NCBI GenBank assembly: GCA_004431415.1
Contig: QPMI01000430.1
Location: 1 to 64,000 of the forward strand
Length of the DNA stretch: 64,000 bases
Reading direction: 5' to 3'
Origin: Cyanophora paradoxa CCMP329
Lineage: Eukaryota; Plantae; Glaucophyta
A program made the position numbers and the translations under genes. Under the pieces are notes generated by a model. The model did no database searches. It had not been told where the DNA came from and saw nothing but the letters and a program-made list of their open reading frames with translations. Position 1 is the first letter of the stretch, and each line of letters opens with the position of its first letter. Positions 60,804 to 64,000 of the stretch are shown one piece after another.

Positions 60804-61706
60804 ATGATTCGGCTTGTCAATGTCGATAGTAGAGATCGATTAGATGGACAGAAAGAAAATGCTTACAAGGTCTCACTTACCACACCAATAACCAGACCGC
60901 GACAGTGTCGTATCTTATATGCAGAGATTCCCAACAGCATTTATAATTCGATTGGAACCGATTATATTATAGTTCGTTATAACATTGGTGGTTTCATCCT
61001 TAATCAGCAAGTATTCCCATTACCAAGTGGTTACATAAACCAAGGACACTTTGGAGTTACTCAACCATATAATTACGGTTTAAACTACGAAGTTCTTGAA
61101 AATACATTCTTTAAGATATACTACAACCCGACAACATACAAGTTAGAGTTTTATAGCAGCGTTCCATTCGAAATAGCAGCGTCAAACAATAGAATCGCCA
61201 AACTACTTGGTCTTGCTTCAACATTATTGTTAAGCCAGCAACACAATTTAGAAGATAACAGGTCTGTATTCGCTCCTGAGAATTTCTTATCGTATGCAGG
61301 AAGACCAATAACACCTGATCACCCACAATGGGGAATTACGTTTGAAGGTGTAGATCCAGTGCCGTTGCAACACAAAGCAACAAGTCCAAAGATGGCGGAT
61401 ATGAACGCTGAGCAATACTTGTATATGCACATCAAAGAACTCTCTTCTTTTGCATCCAACCACAATATAGTCCCGAAATCGCAACCGCAGAATCAAGGCG
61501 CGATCTTGCGATTACAATTGAGTCAGGACATCGGGAAGTATGTTTACCATAGCGGAGAGCATGGTGAATACATAAAAATAACAGACAAAAACCTTGTTTT
61601 TCGTGAATTAACAGTTGAGTTTCGTGATTATTTTGGTGATCTTGTAGATATGAATGGTATCGATAATTCGTTTCAGTTGGAGTTTGTAGCTATTGGATAC
61701 GATTAA
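60804..61706 (+). CDS. Minor capsid (penton-like) protein 2
   Basis: VDSRDR..AEIPNSIYN..LTVEFRDYFGDLVDMNGIDNSFQLEF. Confidence 0.8.
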   Translation: MIRLVNVDSRDRLDGQKENAYKVSLTTPITRPRQCRILYAEIPNSIYNSIGTDYIIVRYNIGGFILNQQVFPLPSGYINQGHFGVTQPYNYGLNYEVLENTFFKIYYNPTTYKLEFYSSVPFEIAASNNRIAKLLGLASTLLLSQQHNLEDNRSVFAPENFLSYAGRPITPDHPQWGITFEGVDPVPLQHKATSPKMADMNAEQYLYMHIKELSSFASNHNIVPKSQPQNQGAILRLQLSQDIGKYVYHSGEHGEYIKITDKNLVFRELTVEFRDYFGDLVDMNGIDNSFQLEFVAIGYD

Positions 61707-62307
61707 CTATTGGGATATATGGTTTGAAGATATCAGCGACAACACCATTCTGATCCTCTGTATACCATCTGTTGTTTTCGCGAACCCAACGAGCGCCATT
61801 TTGTTTAAGGTATTTACGTAGAGTCGCTCGGTTCACAATCTTCCATCCATGCTCTTCAAACTTAGCATGATAAGCACGAAGATCTCTTGGAATGTGGAAA
61901 TAGTAACGTTCACGATGTTCTTCTTGTCCATAGCATATCCCAATTGCATTAATTACGTCATCGTGAGTCTTTGTAGTGTTGAAAAGAAGATCATGAAAAT
62001 TAACAACAACGATGAAATCAAGTTCAGCATTACGCACTTCATTAAGATGGCTAAACTTACCATGATCGTTATAATTCACATGATTATAGAAGAACCGATC
62101 ATCGCGAGTTCTCGCACAAATCCGATCAGAATTTCTTGGAAAATAACCAAAACAAACCATTTGATCCATTCCAGGATAAGAGTATGTTCCAATCTTTCGA
62201 TGCAAAACCTCAATAGTTTCAGCAAGATCAAGAATATCCTTCACACCAAATCGCATTTCAGCAATCGGAACCGAGAAGATCGGCTCACCTTCGAAGAGAT
62301 ACGCCAT
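61690..62307 (-). CDS. Hypothetical protein, 205 aa
   Basis: ORF with an upstream AAAAAAATGA motif. Confidence 0.6.
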   Translation of the reverse strand: MAYLFEGEPIFSVPIAEMRFGVKDILDLAETIEVLHRKIGTYSYPGMDQMVCFGYFPRNSDRICARTRDDRFFYNHVNYNDHGKFSHLNEVRNAELDFIVVVNFHDLLFNTTKTHDDVINAIGICYGQEEHRERYYFHIPRDLRAYHAKFEEHGWKIVNRATLRKYLKQNGARWVRENNRWYTEDQNGVVADIFKPYIPIVNRIQ

Positions 62308-62407
62308 GACACTGAATTACGTCTGAGAAAATCTTTTACCCGGTTTACTCTATACTGTCGCTTCTTCCTTAAATCATTTTGGGTTGCCCACGAGCATCAT
62401 TTTTTTG

Positions 62408-63780
62408 AAAGTAAGACCTCCGTAATATCTAAATTGATAGATGAGAGAATAACAGAGATCTTTTCAGGGTTGGAGAAAGCGGAGAAGCAGATAGCAGCGC
62501 GATTTCCGAGTTAATCACACTGTTAATGGTTTGGTAGGCACTTTATATTTCTCAGATAATGAAAGTGAATATATCATATCTCTATGATTCATAGATGTCT
62601 TACTGAATATCGTTTGGTAGGCACTTTTTAATTGAAGTTAGGCACTTTTAATTGAAGTTAGGCACTTTTAATTGACGTTAGGCACTTAGGCACCTTTTCT
62701 GGAAACTCTCTATAAAAAATAAAATCAACGTTTTGAAAAACACAAGTTGATGTATTTGGGACTTCTTTTTAATTCTCGATAAGGAAGTGCCTAACGCGCC
62801 TACGCTGCCTACCGCGATTAAAAAAAGTGCCTACTTCGATTAACCCGCTCCATTTCAGTAGCCCGTTTTATATCTAAATGATATCCGCCGATCACGATAA
62901 AAAAGTGCCTAACCGTTTTCATCTCAGCGAAATCTCATCGATTGTTTAATTGGACATAATGCTGTAACCATCTCTTCCAACAAAATTACATCGATTAATT
63001 CAATTGAGATTGATACACCTAAGATACAATGTTTTTACAGTAAAAAACAGAATCCAATCTTATCAATTGTTTAATTGGACATAATGCAACTCTGGGGTCA
63101 TTTTCGATACAGTAAAAAGCTTACCCGAATCTCATCGATTGTTTAATTGGACCTGATGCAGTAACCATCTCTTCCAACAAAATACGCCGCAATCTCAACG
63201 ATTGTTTAATTGGACATAATGCAGTAACGAGTGAATTATTTTCATCCGATATTTCATCGATTGTTTAATTGGACATAATGCAGTAACCATCTCTTCCAAC
63301 AAAATATGCCGCAATCTCATCGATTGTTTAATTGGACATAATGCAACTCTGTGTGAATTTTTGCGTTTTACGATAGAATGGGCGGTGGATTACTACAATC
63401 GTGATTATATCACAAATTTATGTTCCGTCAATCGAGATTATATCGAATTTGCATAAAATACATATTAATCGCGTTTATATCAATCGCAAAATACGTATTT
63501 TACATTTAAATACAAATTAATCGCGTTTATATCATTGAATCAATTGAGAAATACGTAATTTATCAAAAATTTATATAAATTTCATAAAATCATAATTTAA
63601 TTGATATTATACCAATTAATTTAATCGAATTTATTTAAATTTAATTGATTTTATTAAACATTTTGATTTATTTTTTAAATATTTTCGATTAATTTACACA
63701 TAAAGAAATACAAATTTAAATCCAGGAGCGAAGCGCGAAGCGCGAAGCGGAGGGATTTAAATTTGTATTTCTTTATGTGT
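62408..63780. repeat. Right terminal inverted repeat (core 62626-63780; terminal hairpin 63696-63780)
   Basis: Reverse complement of the left end; retains segments missing from the left TIR. Confidence 0.95.
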
Positions 63781-64000
63781 GACCCACGTCAGCTTTAGAT
63801 GGAAAAAGCCCACAGGGGGGCACGCGCTCCCAGCAGGGTGCTGTATGGGAGATAATGGGACTGAGAAAACGTCAGTCAGCCAAAAGCTGCCAGGCCCTGA
63901 CTGTGACTGAGTCATGAATCATGATCAGTCAATCTAAGGTTCAGGCCACCGTGCAAAATTAAAATGTGAAAAATGATTCGGAATTCGAAATGACCCAAGT

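Larger units (their letters stand above)
34613..63780. mobile_element. Complete endogenous Polinton-like virus PLV-2 (29,168 bp)
   Basis: TIRs; 6-bp TSD GACCCA at 34607-34612 and 63781-63786; rve integrase, pPolB, packaging ATPase, MCP and minor capsid genes. Confidence 0.96.

Noticed and set aside
61849-62514. 221-aa + strand ORF
   Set aside because: Antisense shadow of 61690-62307; only its last ~34 codons are the SAM decarboxylase tail carried in the TIR.
34613-63780. Bacterial prophage or contaminant contig
   Set aside because: Core genes are Polinton/PLV-type, and both ends join eukaryotic-type DNA through a perfect TSD.
34613-63780. Canonical virophage or Maverick assignment
   Set aside because: No maturation protease recognised and the MCP cannot be placed without a phylogeny; left as PLV.

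Overview
Eukaryotic (protist-like) genomic window with two endogenous Polinton-like viruses (PLVs) flanking about 23 kb of host DNA. (1) 1..~11,600 is part of PLV-1: major and minor capsid genes, patatin-discoidin lipase, fibre genes and a phage-type C1q tip with a partner gene; its left half is heavily frameshifted. (2) ~11,640..34,600 is GC-rich host DNA: an intron-rich PMCA-type Ca2+-ATPase with many GC-AG introns, a ~3.6-kb segmental duplication, two secreted Pro/Ser-rich protein genes and a dense MITE cluster. (3) 34,613..63,780 is a complete 29,168-bp PLV-2 with a 6-bp target-site duplication (GACCCA) and TIRs of about 1-1.4 kb. It encodes an rve integrase, pPolB, TVpol/SF3 primase-helicase, packaging ATPase, MCP, two minor capsid proteins, patatin-discoidin, a giant fibre with an S74 chaperone, SAM decarboxylase, an adenine methyltransferase and an HNH-AP2 nuclease. 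The most unusual features of PLV-2 are: 85-nt terminal fold-back hairpins capped by three GCGAAGC mini-hairpins (candidate self-priming ends); a pPolB with an apparently gutted proofreading domain alongside a second polymerase-helicase; an internal copy of the TIR iteron block beside the helicase; and a giant-virus-like AAAAAATGA motif upstream of non-structural genes. All calls come from motif recognition by eye; no searches were run.
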